DNA of 64,000 nucleotides. Source: Planctomycetota bacterium (GTDB lineage Bacteria > Planctomycetota > GCA-002687715 > CAIWVZ01). The notes under the pieces are model-generated. The model searched no databases. It saw nothing but the letters and a program-made list of their open reading frames with translations, and was not told the DNA's origin. Made by a program: the position numbers and the translations under genes. The stretch covers positions 32,001 to 96,000 of the forward strand of contig JBGANV010000001.1 in assembly GCA_044222185.1 (NCBI GenBank), given 5' to 3'. This document shows, in pieces, positions 23,957-37,202 of the stretch; the stretch's first letter is position 1; the number at the start of each line of letters is the position of its first letter.

Positions 23957-26900
23957 TCAGGGCATGCCGGTCATCGTCGCCAGGTTCGTGAAGCGGAACA
24001 TGCTCGTGAGCGGGTTCTGGCATAGCGCCTGAACACGCAGGTTCACTCCCAGCAGGATCGACGTGGGCTCGAGCGCGAAGCCGAGCGAGACGTGGCCGAG
24101 CGCATCGGCGTTCACCGGTGGGAGCAAGACGATCGACGCCGGATCCAGCAGGAACGGCATGTCGAATCCCACACCGAGCGACGCCACGTAGGCGGCATTC
24201 AACGACGCCGCGATCAGCACGGTGCCGTTCGGGAATGCGTCGCACGCGAACGTGTAGTTGGTGCCGAGGTGGGGGAGCGTCGGCAGGGTGATCAGCGGCA
24301 TCGGGCCCGGGAACGTCGTCACCGTGCTCGGCGGCGTGATGGTCTGGGACCCCGGCACCAGATCGCAGAGTTGCAGGCTCGACGTCGTGGCGACGACCGA
24401 GTTCAGCGTGCCACGGCTCGCGGCGACGGTCGACCCCGACGCGAGTTGCAGTCCCGGCGACCCCGTCATGAGGCACGACTGGATGGCCACGGCCTGCGAG
24501 TTGGTCACACGCATGGCCGCCTTCGTCGGCCCAGCCTGCGCCGTCACCGCATCGAGGATCACCGTGCCGGCGCAGTTGGTGACCTGAACGCCGTCGTTCG
24601 CCGTGGACGTCGTGCCGATGGCGAGCCCATCGATCTCGATCACGCGCCCTGCGCCGATCCCGGTCACGACCACGGGACCCGTGGCGGTATTCACCGTCAC
24701 TCCCGGCCCGCCGACGAGGCGGAGGTTCGTCGGACCCGCGGGCCCGATCGTGAACGGCAGATATGCACCCGGTGTGACCCAGACGACCGAGTCGGGCGAC
24801 GCCGCCGCGTTGATGGCCGCCTGGATCGTCGCGAACGGTCCGCCACCACCGACCTTGTAGACGTTCGCGGGCGGGCCCGAGCTGTAGGGAACGACCGAGC
24901 CGTTCGCGAGGACGTTGATCACGTCATGCGTGAGCCGCTCCGACAGCCGGTAGAAGTACGTGGTGTTCGCCACGAGCGGCGCGTCGGCGTAGCCGTAGCC
25001 CCCGGAGCCCGGCAGGTGCTGGAACACCGTCGTGAACGGCCCACCCGCGTTCGTCGATCGCTCCAGGATGAAGATGGACACGTCGTACTCGACGGTCGTG
25101 TTCCACGAGATCGTCGCCAGCTCCGCGCCTTGCTGCACGCGGAAGTTCGCGAGCGTCGTGTGCTCGGGCGCCGTCCATGAAATCAGATTCGATGGGTCGT
25201 TCTCGAATCCCGGACCACTCCAGGCGCCCGTGAAGTTCGTGAAGCTGATCGGCGCGGAGTTGGCGAGCGTTCGGACGTTGAAGACGCCCGCGACGTTCGG
25301 CGTGTTGCGGAACACGGAATACCTCACGTTCGTCGGAGCCGTGCGGCGGATGTCCAGGAGGACCGAGTTGGCCGGTGCTCCGGTACGGAAGTCGAACGTT
25401 CCGGCACGCAGGTCGTTGGGGGGCGCCGCGATCGTCGCCGCCGCAGTGACGAGCAGGCCGCCAGTTCCGGCTTCCTTCACGACGAAGTTCTTTGCCGAGA
25501 TCGTGCCATTGATGGTGGCCGAGTATCCGCCGCCGTTCTCTCCGCTGAGCGTCGCCGCTGCGAGCGGCGTGCCCTGGAGGCTCAGGGTGCCGGTTGCGTT
25601 GACCGTCAGGAGCGTCTGGCCGGAGAGCCCGAGGTCGCTGCCCGACAGCACCGTCAGAAGGCCTGAGACCGTGACGGTCGTGGGCGCGGTCGGGTGCGAA
25701 ACGGCGAGCCGGCCCGCGGAAACCGTGAGGGTGCCGCCGGCCTGGACGTCGATGGCCGTCGTTCGGAGGAGCACCGGGGACGTCGGCGACCGGACGTTGT
25801 TCTTCACCGTGAGGATCGGGACGACGAGGGTCGACCCGGCGATCGCCGGACCGAACGTCGTCGGCGTCGGTCCGTCGAGTTCGAGGGTTCCACCCGTCGG
25901 CGCGAAGGCTGCATCCGCCACGAAGTTCCCGGCGCATCGGATCGTCGGCATGCCCGCGCTGACGGCCGTTCCGGAGAACGTCACGTTCCCGTTGACGTCG
26001 AGGATGCCGACGTTGAACGCCGACAGCGATCCGCCGGTGAACGTCGCATTGCCATTCACGGTCAGCGTGAAGGTTCCGACGGAGACCCGAAGCAGACCGG
26101 ACTGGACGGACAGGGATGAGCAAGTCGCGTTGGCGTGCAGGTCGAGCATGCCGCCTCCCGTCTTCGCCACGACGATCGGAGGGAACGGCGACGTGCTTCC
26201 GAAGCTGCCGGAAGTCGTCCCGTCGAACACGACGTTTCCGGTCATGGCGAGCGTGCCCGTGCAATCGAAGTCCCCACTCACGGTGTGGCTTCCGCCACCG
26301 GTCGTCGTGAGCGTGCCCGCCGCACCCACGTTCACGTTCCCATTGATGTCCAGCGTTCCGGGCGTGGAGAACGAGCCGTTTGCCGTGAGGCCGATGGCGA
26401 CGAACGGGGACGTGGTCGTCGTGATGGACGTGCCGGCGGCGATCACGATCACCGGCATGCCCGCGCCCGGTGCGGAGATCGTGTGTGCGCCGGGTCCGTC
26501 CATGGTGAGCGTGCCGCTCGTGACCTGAACGGCGGAGTTCATGACGAGGTTGCCCCCGCAGGACAGGGTCGGGGACGTACCGGCGAGCGTGGTCCCGGAG
26601 AACGTCACGTTGCCGTTCATGTGCAGCGTGCCGACGTTGAAGATCGTCAACACACCGCCCGCGAGCGTGGAATTGCCGTTGACCGACATGGAGAAGAACC
26701 CGACGGAGACCCGGAACGTCCCGGACGTCAGGATCAGCCCCGTGGACGTGCAGTTGCCGTTCAGGTCGACGTTGGCCGGCGGTGTCTTCGCGATCTCGAC
26801 GATGGGGAACGACGACGTGCAGCTGAGGTTCGCCGCGTTCGTGCCGTCGAGCCGCACGGTCCCGGTCATGGCGAGCGTGCCGCTGCACGTCGCGTCACCG

Positions 26901-29731
26901 CTGATCGTGTGAACACCGCCGCCGGTGGTCGTGACGACGCCCGCCGCTCCGACGCCGAACGAGCCGTTGACGTCGAGTACGCCGGACGTCGTGAAGGAGC
27001 CGTTCGTCGTGAGGCCGAGGCTCGTCAGCGGAGACGTCGCCGTCGACACGTTCGCTCCCGCGGCGATCACGAGGGCCGGGAGTCCGGCGCCCGTCGCCGA
27101 GATCGTGTGAGCCCCGGGTCCGTCCATGGTCAGCGTGCCGCTCGTCGCCTGCATCGCGGCGTTGGCGACGAGGTTGCCGGCGCAGAAGAGGTTGGGACAC
27201 GGCCCCGCGACGCTCGTCCCGGAGAACGTGACGTTCCCGTTCACGTCGATGGTGCCGACGTTGAAGATCGTGAGGCTACCACCGGCGAAGGTGGCGTTGC
27301 CGTTGACCGTCAAGGTGAAGAAGCCGACGGACACGCGCAAGTTCCCCGACGTCACGAGGAGTCCGGTCGCCGTGCAGTTCCCGTTCAGGTCCACGTTGAC
27401 GGCGCCGGTCTTCGCGACCTCGATCGTCGGGAACGGGGACGCGCCGCTAAGGTTCGCGCTCGAGGTCCCGTCGAGCCTGAGCGTGCCCGTCATCGCCAGG
27501 GTTCCGCTGCAGGAGACGTCGCCGCTGACGGTGTGTGTGCCGCCGCCGGTCGTCGTGACGGATCCGCTGGCGCCCACGCCGAAGGGTCCGTTGACGTCGA
27601 TCGTTCCCGACGTCGTGAACGCGCCGTTCGCTTGCAGGCCCGCCATCGTCAAGATGGCCGTGGTCGAAGTCGTCGTGCTTCCGCTCGCGACGACGACTGC
27701 GGGCATCGCCGCGCCTGGCGCCGCGATGGAGTGACTGCCCGCCCCGTTCATCGTGAGCGTGCCGGACGTCGCCTGCATGGCCGCGTTCGCCGTGAAATTT
27801 CCGCCGCAGGTGAGGTTCGGGCACGCGCCGCTGACCGTCGTGCCCGAGAACGTGACGTTGCCGCTCACGGCGATCGTGCCGATGTTGAAGACGGTGAGCG
27901 TCCCGCCGGCGAAGGTGGCGTTTCCATTGATCGTCAGCGTGAAGAACCCGACGGACGCGCGGACCGTACCGGACGTCACGACGAGCCCGGTGGCCGTACC
28001 GGCGCCGTTGATGTCGACGAGCGCGCCGCCCGTTTTCGCGATCTCGATCACGGGGAACGACGACGTTCCGTGCAGGTTCGCGGAGGTCGAGCCATCCATG
28101 CGCACGGTGCCCGCCATGGCGAGCGTCCCGTCGCACGTGAGGTCACCGCTCACGGTGTGGGTGCCGCCGCCGGTCGTCGTGACGGACCCGCTGGCGCCCA
28201 CGCCGAACGGCCCGTTCACGTCGATCGTTCCCGAGGTCGAAAACGTCCCGTTTGCCTGGAAGCCCGCCATGGTGATCGAGGGCGTCGTCGACGTGGTCGT
28301 GCTGCCGCTGGCGATCGAGAGACCGGGAATGGCCGCGCCAGGAGCCGAGATCGTGTGCGTCCCGCTGCCGTTCATCGTGAGGGTCCCGGACGTGGCCTGC
28401 ATGGCGGCGTTGGCCGTGAAGTTGCCGCCGCAGGTGAGGTTCGGGCAGGGGCCCGCGACGCTCGTCCCTGAGAACGTCACGTCGCCCGTGACGGCGATCG
28501 TCCCCTGGTTGAAGACGGTCAGCACTCCTCCCGAGAACGTCGCCGTGCCGTTGACCGAGAGCGTCACGAAGCCGGACGCCACCACGAACGTCCCCGAGGA
28601 GACGATGAGTCCGGCGGAGGCCGCGGGGCCGTCGAGTGTCACCGACGTTCCGGCGGTCTTCGCCACTTCGAGGGTCGGGAAGGTCGATCCGTGGACGATC
28701 GCCGTGGCGCTGCCCGTCATGCGGAGCGTGCCCGTCATGGCGAGCGTGCCGGCGGACGTGACGTCGCCCGTGACCTGGTGCACGCCACCGCCCGTGGTGA
28801 CGACGTTCCCGCCGGAGGGGACGGTGAACGACCCGTTGACCGTCATGGTGCCGGCCGTGCTGAATCCACCGTTGCACGTGAATCCAGCCATGGCGAGCGG
28901 CGACGTGGTCGTCGTCACCGTCGTGCCGGCGGCTGGCGCCAGCCCGGGGATGATCGCGCCCGGCGCCGTGACCGTTCGCGCGCCTCCGCCGTCCATCGTG
29001 AGCACGCCCGTCGTGGCCTGGACGTTGGCATCGGCGACGAAGTTCCCCGCGCAGTTGATGTTCGGGCAGGCACCGGCGACGACCGTTCCCGCGAACGTGA
29101 CGTTGCCGTTGACGTCCAGCGTGCCCTGGTTGAACGGCGTGAGGCTGCCGCCGTTCATCTGTGCGTTGCCGTTCACGGTCAGTGTGACGAACCCGAATGC
29201 CACCCGGAACGTGCCACTCGTGACCGTCAGGTTCCCGTTGATGGTCAGGGCCGAGGATAGGGAGAAGAATCGCGGCGCGGTCTTGGCGACCTCGAGGTTG
29301 ATCGACTGCGCAGCAACGCCCGAGATGACCCCGTCCAAGGTCGAGCCGACGGCACGAAGCGTCCCGTTCCCCGTCACGGTCCCGGTCAGGATCATGTCCT
29401 GGTTGACCGAGAGCGATGACGCCGGCACGACGGTGAGCGTCGCACCCGCGGAGACGCTCAGCGTCTTGCATGCCGGCGACGCGCTCCCGCTGGTCGTCGG
29501 GCTGTTGGGCGTGCCGGCCGGGATCACCGCGTCGACCCCTGCGTTCGGAAGGCCCGCAGACCAGTTGGCCGCCGTTCCCCAGGCGGAACTGGTCGTGCCG
29601 GTCCACGTGGTCGACTGACCGAATGCGCTCGAAGCCAGGACGAGCGCCAACAGGAGCGGCGCCATCCCGTTCGGACGGCGCGAAAACGGCACGGAGGCCC
29701 CAAGGGACGTGACGTCGTTGTCGAGGTTCAT
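23957..29731 (-). CDS. Giant secreted repetitive beta-solenoid/adhesin-like protein (1924 aa)
   Basis: Signal peptide ..SSAFG/Q; TWTG..SSAW..AANW cap; 208-aa Gly/Thr/Val repeats; FnIII-like segment (ISWNT..Y..F.LERS..YFYRL); beta-helix; C-terminal tail domain. Confidence 0.85.
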   Translation of the reverse strand: MNLDNDVTSLGASVPFSRRPNGMAPLLLALVLASSAFGQSTTWTGTTSSAWGTAANWSAGLPNAGVDAVIPAGTPNSPTTSGSASPACKTLSVSAGATLTVVPASSLSVNQDMILTGTVTGNGTLRAVGSTLDGVISGVAAQSINLEVAKTAPRFFSLSSALTINGNLTVTSGTFRVAFGFVTLTVNGNAQMNGGSLTPFNQGTLDVNGNVTFAGTVVAGACPNINCAGNFVADANVQATTGVLTMDGGGARTVTAPGAIIPGLAPAAGTTVTTTTSPLAMAGFTCNGGFSTAGTMTVNGSFTVPSGGNVVTTGGGVHQVTGDVTSAGTLAMTGTLRMTGSATAIVHGSTFPTLEVAKTAGTSVTLDGPAASAGLIVSSGTFVVASGFVTLSVNGTATFSGGVLTVFNQGTIAVTGDVTFSGTSVAGPCPNLTCGGNFTANAAMQATSGTLTMNGSGTHTISAPGAAIPGLSIASGSTTTSTTPSITMAGFQANGTFSTSGTIDVNGPFGVGASGSVTTTGGGTHTVSGDLTCDGTLAMAGTVRMDGSTSANLHGTSSFPVIEIAKTGGALVDINGAGTATGLVVTSGTVRASVGFFTLTINGNATFAGGTLTVFNIGTIAVSGNVTFSGTTVSGACPNLTCGGNFTANAAMQATSGTLTMNGAGSHSIAAPGAAMPAVVVASGSTTTSTTAILTMAGLQANGAFTTSGTIDVNGPFGVGASGSVTTTGGGTHTVSGDVSCSGTLAMTGTLRLDGTSSANLSGASPFPTIEVAKTGAVNVDLNGNCTATGLLVTSGNLRVSVGFFTLTVNGNATFAGGSLTIFNVGTIDVNGNVTFSGTSVAGPCPNLFCAGNLVANAAMQATSGTLTMDGPGAHTISATGAGLPALVIAAGANVSTATSPLTSLGLTTNGSFTTSGVLDVNGSFGVGAAGVVTTTGGGVHTISGDATCSGTLAMTGTVRLDGTNAANLSCTSSFPIVEIAKTPPANVDLNGNCTSTGLILTSGTFRVSVGFFSMSVNGNSTLAGGVLTIFNVGTLHMNGNVTFSGTTLAGTSPTLSCGGNLVMNSAVQVTSGTLTMDGPGAHTISAPGAGMPVIVIAAGTSITTTTSPFVAIGLTANGSFSTPGTLDINGNVNVGAAGTLTTTGGGSHTVSGDFDCTGTLAMTGNVVFDGTTSGSFGSTSPFPPIVVAKTGGGMLDLHANATCSSLSVQSGLLRVSVGTFTLTVNGNATFTGGSLSAFNVGILDVNGNVTFSGTAVSAGMPTIRCAGNFVADAAFAPTGGTLELDGPTPTTFGPAIAGSTLVVPILTVKNNVRSPTSPVLLRTTAIDVQAGGTLTVSAGRLAVSHPTAPTTVTVSGLLTVLSGSDLGLSGQTLLTVNATGTLSLQGTPLAAATLSGENGGGYSATINGTISAKNFVVKEAGTGGLLVTAAATIAAPPNDLRAGTFDFRTGAPANSVLLDIRRTAPTNVRYSVFRNTPNVAGVFNVRTLANSAPISFTNFTGAWSGPGFENDPSNLISWTAPEHTTLANFRVQQGAELATISWNTTVEYDVSIFILERSTNAGGPFTTVFQHLPGSGGYGYADAPLVANTTYFYRLSERLTHDVINVLANGSVVPYSSGPPANVYKVGGGGPFATIQAAINAAASPDSVVWVTPGAYLPFTIGPAGPTNLRLVGGPGVTVNTATGPVVVTGIGAGRVIEIDGLAIGTTSTANDGVQVTNCAGTVILDAVTAQAGPTKAAMRVTNSQAVAIQSCLMTGSPGLQLASGSTVAASRGTLNSVVATTSSLQLCDLVPGSQTITPPSTVTTFPGPMPLITLPTLPHLGTNYTFACDAFPNGTVLIAASLNAAYVASLGVGFDMPFLLDPASIVLLPPVNADALGHVSLGFALEPTSILLGVNLRVQALCQNPLTSMFRFTNLATMTGMP
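25900..29300 (-). repeat. Intragenic tandem repeats, period 624 bp (208 aa), about 5.5 copies; boundaries approximate
   Basis: The AKT codons recur at 29280, 28656, 28032, 27408, 26784 and 26160, exactly 624 bp apart. Confidence 0.9.
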
Positions 29732-29814
29732 ACCGGGGTGGTGTCGCGAGTGAGCCCGGGATTACGCCGCCACCACGGGCGCGTCATCGTCGACTGCGGA
29801 CCCGGGGCTGACCA

Positions 29815-30477
29815 TCACACTTCGGCGAGCTCTCCGAAGATGGATGCGGGCAATCGTAAGCGAAGCTTCTCGATCGCGCGGTGGAATCTCACGGACAGCG
29901 TGCCGGGCGCGAGGTTGAGGAGCATGGCGACCTCGCGGTTGGGGATCTGCTCGATGCCCCGCAGGATGACGACATCCCGGTCCGCCGCGTCGAGTTCCTC
30001 CAGCGCCGCCCAAAGACGCGTACGGAGTTCAGAAACCCGCATGCGCGTCGTCACGCTGGTGATGTCGGCCGGCATGCGGTCGAAGCCCGCGGCCGTGGCC
30101 GTTCCCTCGACCTCGGCGGGCGGTGCATCGGACTGCCTTCGGCGGAGGTGCTTCCGAAGGACGTTGTTCAAGATGTTCCGCAGGGTGGTGGAAAGGAACG
30201 CGAGGAAGGTCGGCGTGTCGAGCGGAGGACCGTCCGCGCGGAGACGCCGCAGGGCGACGGCCCAGACCTCCGAGACGAGATCCTCGGGGTCGCAGGCTCG
30301 GCGAACCGCGCCCTTCAGCCGATGACGCGCGGCTGCGTAAAGGAATGGGTCGAACCGCTCCACGAGCCACCCCAGGCTTTCCGCTGCCCCGTCCGCCGCG
30401 CGGCGGAAGTGGAGAGTCGTCGTTTCGCCGCCGGATGGGTCGGCGCTGCTCGACAGGTCTGGGGTCTCGGACGGCAT
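29815..30477 (-). CDS. ECF RNA polymerase sigma-70 factor
   Basis: AADG..E.LGWLVERF, DPEDLVSEV, F.AFL...LRN, region 4 LEELDAADRDVVILRGIEQ..NREVA.LL. Confidence 0.9.
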   Translation of the reverse strand: MPSETPDLSSSADPSGGETTTLHFRRAADGAAESLGWLVERFDPFLYAAARHRLKGAVRRACDPEDLVSEVWAVALRRLRADGPPLDTPTFLAFLSTTLRNILNNVLRKHLRRRQSDAPPAEVEGTATAAGFDRMPADITSVTTRMRVSELRTRLWAALEELDAADRDVVILRGIEQIPNREVAMLLNLAPGTLSVRFHRAIEKLRLRLPASIFGELAEV

Positions 30478-30518
30478 TCGTCCGAAGACTACACTTCCCC
30501 CGGGCACGAATCACCGAA

Positions 30519-32726
<2,208 letters not shown>

Positions 32727-32738
<12 letters not shown>

Positions 32739-35252
32739 GAGCGTGGGCTCCTTCCACAGGTCTGCATGCAGGCGGCGAAGAACGCGGCTGCGCAGCCCAT
32801 GGCCCACGAGCATGAGCATCCGCACGATGACCAGGACGAGTGCGATCTCGAGGACGACGCGAGGCGCATCCGGCGGCACGCCCACCCACGCGCTGCCCAC
32901 GAGTGCTGCGACGATGAGCCCGACCGCGGCCATCACGGGTGCCGCCCGCCGTCGCGCTGCGGTGACGACGATCCAGGGCACGAGCGGGACCATGGCAAGC
33001 TCGGACGGAGACCACTGATCGAGGGAACGCCCCGAACGGACGGCGTCGGCGATGAGGAGCACGGCGCCGACCGCCATCGGTACGGCGATCGCGGTCACGA
33101 GGTGCAGCTCGGAGCGCAGGACGTTCAGGATCGTCACCAGCAGTGTCGGGGGATACTCGCCCGTCGTGAGCTGGGACGTGAAGTGAGTCACGACCGGAGT
33201 GGTGCCCCATTCGCCGCCGAGGCACAGCTCCACGTTGTGTCCAGCGATGGCCTCTCCGAGGCCGTCCTCGTCGTCGTCCGGTACGACGGCGGAGAGCAGA
33301 CGATTGAGGCAGCGGCGCTCCAGGATCTGGATCCGCTGGGCTGCATCCGTCGCGCCGGCGACGATGCCGAAGGCTGAACGAGGATAGGCGTCGAATCCCT
33401 TGAACACGGTGACGAGGAGCGTGGCCGCATCCGGGTCCTGGGGTTTGCCGTCGGCGCCCGTGAGGCGCGACTGGAGCTCGACGAGCCTGGACTCGATGGA
33501 GAACACCGCGGCTGCGACCCGGCGCCGGGCAGGCCCCGTGAACGACGTGGGCGTCGAGAGACACGTGGCGCTCACGACGGCGAGCTCGAATGCGAGTTCC
33601 TCCCGCCATCCGCGGATCGCGCCGAGGAGACGGACGACGTTCCAGACCTGTTGCAGCTCCGCGGCGGCATTCGGTTCCACGTCGCCCAGGACGCGCAGCG
33701 AAAGGATCCGGCGCAGTCGCATCAACCGATCCCGGTCCGAGGCGCCGAGTTGGTCGCAAGAATGGTCGAAGCGAAGTCTCGCACGCCCCAGGCGGTCCTT
33801 GGGGGATCCGTTGCGCGCCTGCGCGTCCGGCGGTGAGTCGGTGGCCGCCGCCGTGCCGGCGACGACCGCTTGCCGTGTTTCGCCGAGCGCTCGAGCGTAT
33901 CGGACGACGGCGTTCTCGTGCGCCCGGTGCTCGTCCGGCTCTGGTAGGTCCGTCACGCCCGTCTCGGCCTCCTCCGGCTGGATCTGGAGCTGTGCGGGCA
34001 GATCGGACGCGGCGATCGGACGTGCCACGTCGAGCGTCGTTCCGAAGAGCCGCGACTCCATCGGCGGGCGCTCGGCGGTGAACCCCAGCGCGCGGAATGC
34101 GTCCGCCGTGCTCAATGGAACGTGCTCCTCGCGGCCCTCGGTCGGGAAGATCCGCCGGGTGAGTTGCTCGGCGGCGGCGCCCGCCGGATCGATCCACAGC
34201 GCCGCCGTGGCCCGAAAATCAGGAACGGGTGGCAGATTGCCTGCCGGTGCGTCGCCGTCGGCCGCGCCGTCACCGACGGGTGGGCGCGGCCGATTCGTCA
34301 TCGATCTGCGAAATGCCGCGATGAGCTCGATCAGGTTCGCCGGAGGCGTCGTCGTCGAGAACGCGAGCGCGTTCGTGAGGCTGCGCAGGACCGCAGCTGC
34401 GGGGGCCAGCGCGCGCGTGAGGTGCTGGCGCGCCTCGGGACCCGCGACGGCACGCTGGGCGCGCCGCGCGGCCCGGCGGGCGTCCAATTCCAGACGTCGT
34501 GAGGCGGGCACGGACAACGCGAGCGGGAGGGTCACCAGGTACACGACCGAACTCGTCAGGCCGATCACCAGGTCGAGGGCGCGGCGCTTCAAGCCGTGGC
34601 GTCGTGTCCCGTTCGCGAGTCGGCCGGGCTCGGTCCACCACCGGGCTTTTTCCCGCCAACGGTCCGCGCGGCGTGTCAGCGGGTGGCGTGCCCGGATCGT
34701 GTGCGCGGCGAGTTCGGCCGCGGTTGCTGCGAGGAAGTCGTCGAGGGTGAGCGAGTCCATGAGCCCGTAACCGATGCGCAGGCAAACGCCGTCGTGGCGC
34801 GGTTCGACGTGCGGCGGGCTGCAGCTGAAGACGGTCTCGATGACCGTGATCGGGGCTGCACCCATCGCCTCCGTGAGCGCACCCGTGATCGCGTAGGGGA
34901 GGCGGAAGTCGGCGCGACGCAGACTGGTCTTCGCCGGTCCATCGGAGGTGCGGCTTCGCGGGCGCTTCCGCCATCGCGTCGAGCCTCGCACGACCGCGAT
35001 CGCGATGGCGGCGAAGATGATGATCCGACGTTCGACCGGCATGTCCCACCCGATGATGCCCATCACCACCGCGGTGGCGACGCCACCGACGCAGGCCACG
35101 ACGATCACGCTCGTGAGCCCGATCGCCACCGCGCTCCGGATCTCGATCGCCAGGCGGCGACGCGGGGACGCGGCCGCCCGAAGCTGCGGCGAGAGCGCGT
35201 GGATCCGCTCGATCTGCGCGCGGACGGGGTCCCTGTCGTCGACTGCGGTCAT
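32727..35252 (-). CDS. Hypothetical membrane protein with degenerate M48 peptidase-like region
   Basis: N-terminal TMs; LRIGYGLMDSLTLDDFLAATAAELAAH resembles the M48 LxIGxxL..L...E...vlaHElgH segment without HExxH; C-terminal TMs. Confidence 0.55.
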
Positions 35253-35444
35253 GTTCGGGATGCCTGATCGCTCCCTCCGGCGGCCTTCATGGGATCTTCC
35301 GGGTCGCCGGCGAGGCCGACACTGTACGACGTTCACCGAGATCCTGGGGAGAGGAGGCGCGTACCCCGTCCGATCCCCCGTGAATTCCGCCGCTGGCGAG
35401 TTCTGATATCGTCCTCGACTTTTCGAAATTGCGGAGTGGATGAC

Positions 35445-37202
35445 GTGGAACTCAAGCGAACTCACACCTGTGGCGAGCTTCGGGCGCATGACGCCGGTCG
35501 CGTGGTGGTCCTGAACGGATGGGTGGGCACCCGCCGTGACCACGGAGGGATCGTGTTCATCGACCTGCGGGATCGCTACGGCATCACCCAGGTCGTCATC
35601 GACGGCGAAACCCTTCCCATCGTCCACGAGATCCGCCCCGAATTCGTGATCGCGGTCAAGGGCCGAGTGCGACCGCGGCCCGCCGACGCCATCAACAAGT
35701 CCCGCGAGACGGGTGAGGTGGAGGTGGTCGCCGACCGGGTCGAGATCCTCAACCGCTCACAGACGCCCCCGTTCGAGGTCGTCGACCAGACGAAGACCCG
35801 CGAGGAGCTTCGCCTCGAATATCGCTACGTCGATCTTCGCCGGCGGCCGCTCCTGGACAACATCGTCTTCCGGTCGAAGGTGTGTCAGGTCATCCGGCGC
35901 GTGTTCAACGAGTTCAACTTCTGCGAGATCGAAACGCCGCTCCTCATCAAGACGACGCCGGAAGGTGCCCGCGACTTCATCGTGCCCTCACGGCTCCATC
36001 CGGGCGAGGTCTATGCGCTCCCGCAGTCGCCGCAGCTGTTCAAGCAGGTCCTGATGGTCAGCGGCCTCGACCGGTACTTCCAGATCTGCAAGTGCCTCCG
36101 CGACGAGGATCTCCGCGCCGACCGCCAGCCCGAATTCACCCAACTCGACATGGAGATGTCGTTCGTCGAACAGGACGACGTCTTCGAGGTGATCGAGAAG
36201 GTGATGGTCACGCTCTACAAGGAGCTGAACGGCGTGGACATCCCGCGACCGTTCAAGCGCCTGACCTACGACGAGTGCATGAGCCGGTTCGGGAGCGACA
36301 AGCCGGACACGCGGTTCGGTCTGGAGCTCTTCGACATCACCGACCTTGCGCGGCAGAGCGAGTTCAAGGTCTTCTACTCCGTCGCCAACTCGGCGGGTGG
36401 GAAGGTCCGCGGAATCTGCCTGCGTGACGGCGCGTCGCTTTCACGCAAGGAGATCGACGAAGCCGAGGCCGTGGCGAAGACTCACGGCGCCAAGGGACTG
36501 GCGTGGTTGAAACTCACGCCCGATGGTCCGCAGGGTTCCGTCGCGAAGTTCCTGAAGCCCGCCGAGGTCGCCACCATCGCCGAGCGCTGCGGTGCTCGGA
36601 CCGGCGACTTCCTGGGATTCGTCGCGGACCAGGACGAGGCGTGCGCCACGTCGCTGGGGCAGGTGCGCCTGCATCTCGGACGGCTGAAGAACCTCATCGA
36701 CACCTCACGGACCGACTTCCTCTGGGTCGTCGACTTCCCGCTGTTCGGATGGAACCCCGACGAGAAGCGCTGGGAGGCGAAGCATCACATGTTCACGTCC
36801 GCGAAGGGCGCGCTGCCCGAGCCGGGCGAGGACCTGTCGCACGTGAAGGCGAACCTCTACGACCTCGTGTTGAACGGCAACGAGATCGCGTCGGGTTCGA
36901 TCCGCATCCATCGCCCGGAGATCCAGCAGAAGATCTTCGACCTCGTCGGGTTCTCCCGCGAGGAGGCAGAGAAGAAGTTCGGGTGGTTCCTCCGGGCTCT
37001 CGAGTACGGCGCGCCGCCGCACGGCGGAATCGCGTTCGGACTGGACCGCGTGGTCATGATCATGCGGGGCGCCGAGTCGCTTCGTGACGTCATCGCATTC
37101 CCCAAGACGGCGTCCGGTGCGTGCCTGCTCACGGGCTCGCCGTCGCCGGCGGACACGCGCCAATGGGACGAGCTGGGGTTGATGCTCAAACCCAAGGCCT
37201 GA
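35445..37202 (+). CDS. aspS: Aspartyl-tRNA synthetase
   Basis: RTHTCGELR, RRDHGG, PEGARDF, LPQSPQLFKQ, RDEDLRADRQPEFTQLD, YGAPPHGG. Confidence 0.98.
   Translation: MELKRTHTCGELRAHDAGRVVVLNGWVGTRRDHGGIVFIDLRDRYGITQVVIDGETLPIVHEIRPEFVIAVKGRVRPRPADAINKSRETGEVEVVADRVEILNRSQTPPFEVVDQTKTREELRLEYRYVDLRRRPLLDNIVFRSKVCQVIRRVFNEFNFCEIETPLLIKTTPEGARDFIVPSRLHPGEVYALPQSPQLFKQVLMVSGLDRYFQICKCLRDEDLRADRQPEFTQLDMEMSFVEQDDVFEVIEKVMVTLYKELNGVDIPRPFKRLTYDECMSRFGSDKPDTRFGLELFDITDLARQSEFKVFYSVANSAGGKVRGICLRDGASLSRKEIDEAEAVAKTHGAKGLAWLKLTPDGPQGSVAKFLKPAEVATIAERCGARTGDFLGFVADQDEACATSLGQVRLHLGRLKNLIDTSRTDFLWVVDFPLFGWNPDEKRWEAKHHMFTSAKGALPEPGEDLSHVKANLYDLVLNGNEIASGSIRIHRPEIQQKIFDLVGFSREEAEKKFGWFLRALEYGAPPHGGIAFGLDRVVMIMRGAESLRDVIAFPKTASGACLLTGSPSPADTRQWDELGLMLKPKA

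Noticed and set aside
23957-24310. Autotransporter or T9SS assignment for the giant protein's C-terminus
   Set aside because: Too short for a 12-strand barrel, no terminal aromatic barrel motif, and no YPNP..G.Y..K T9SS signature
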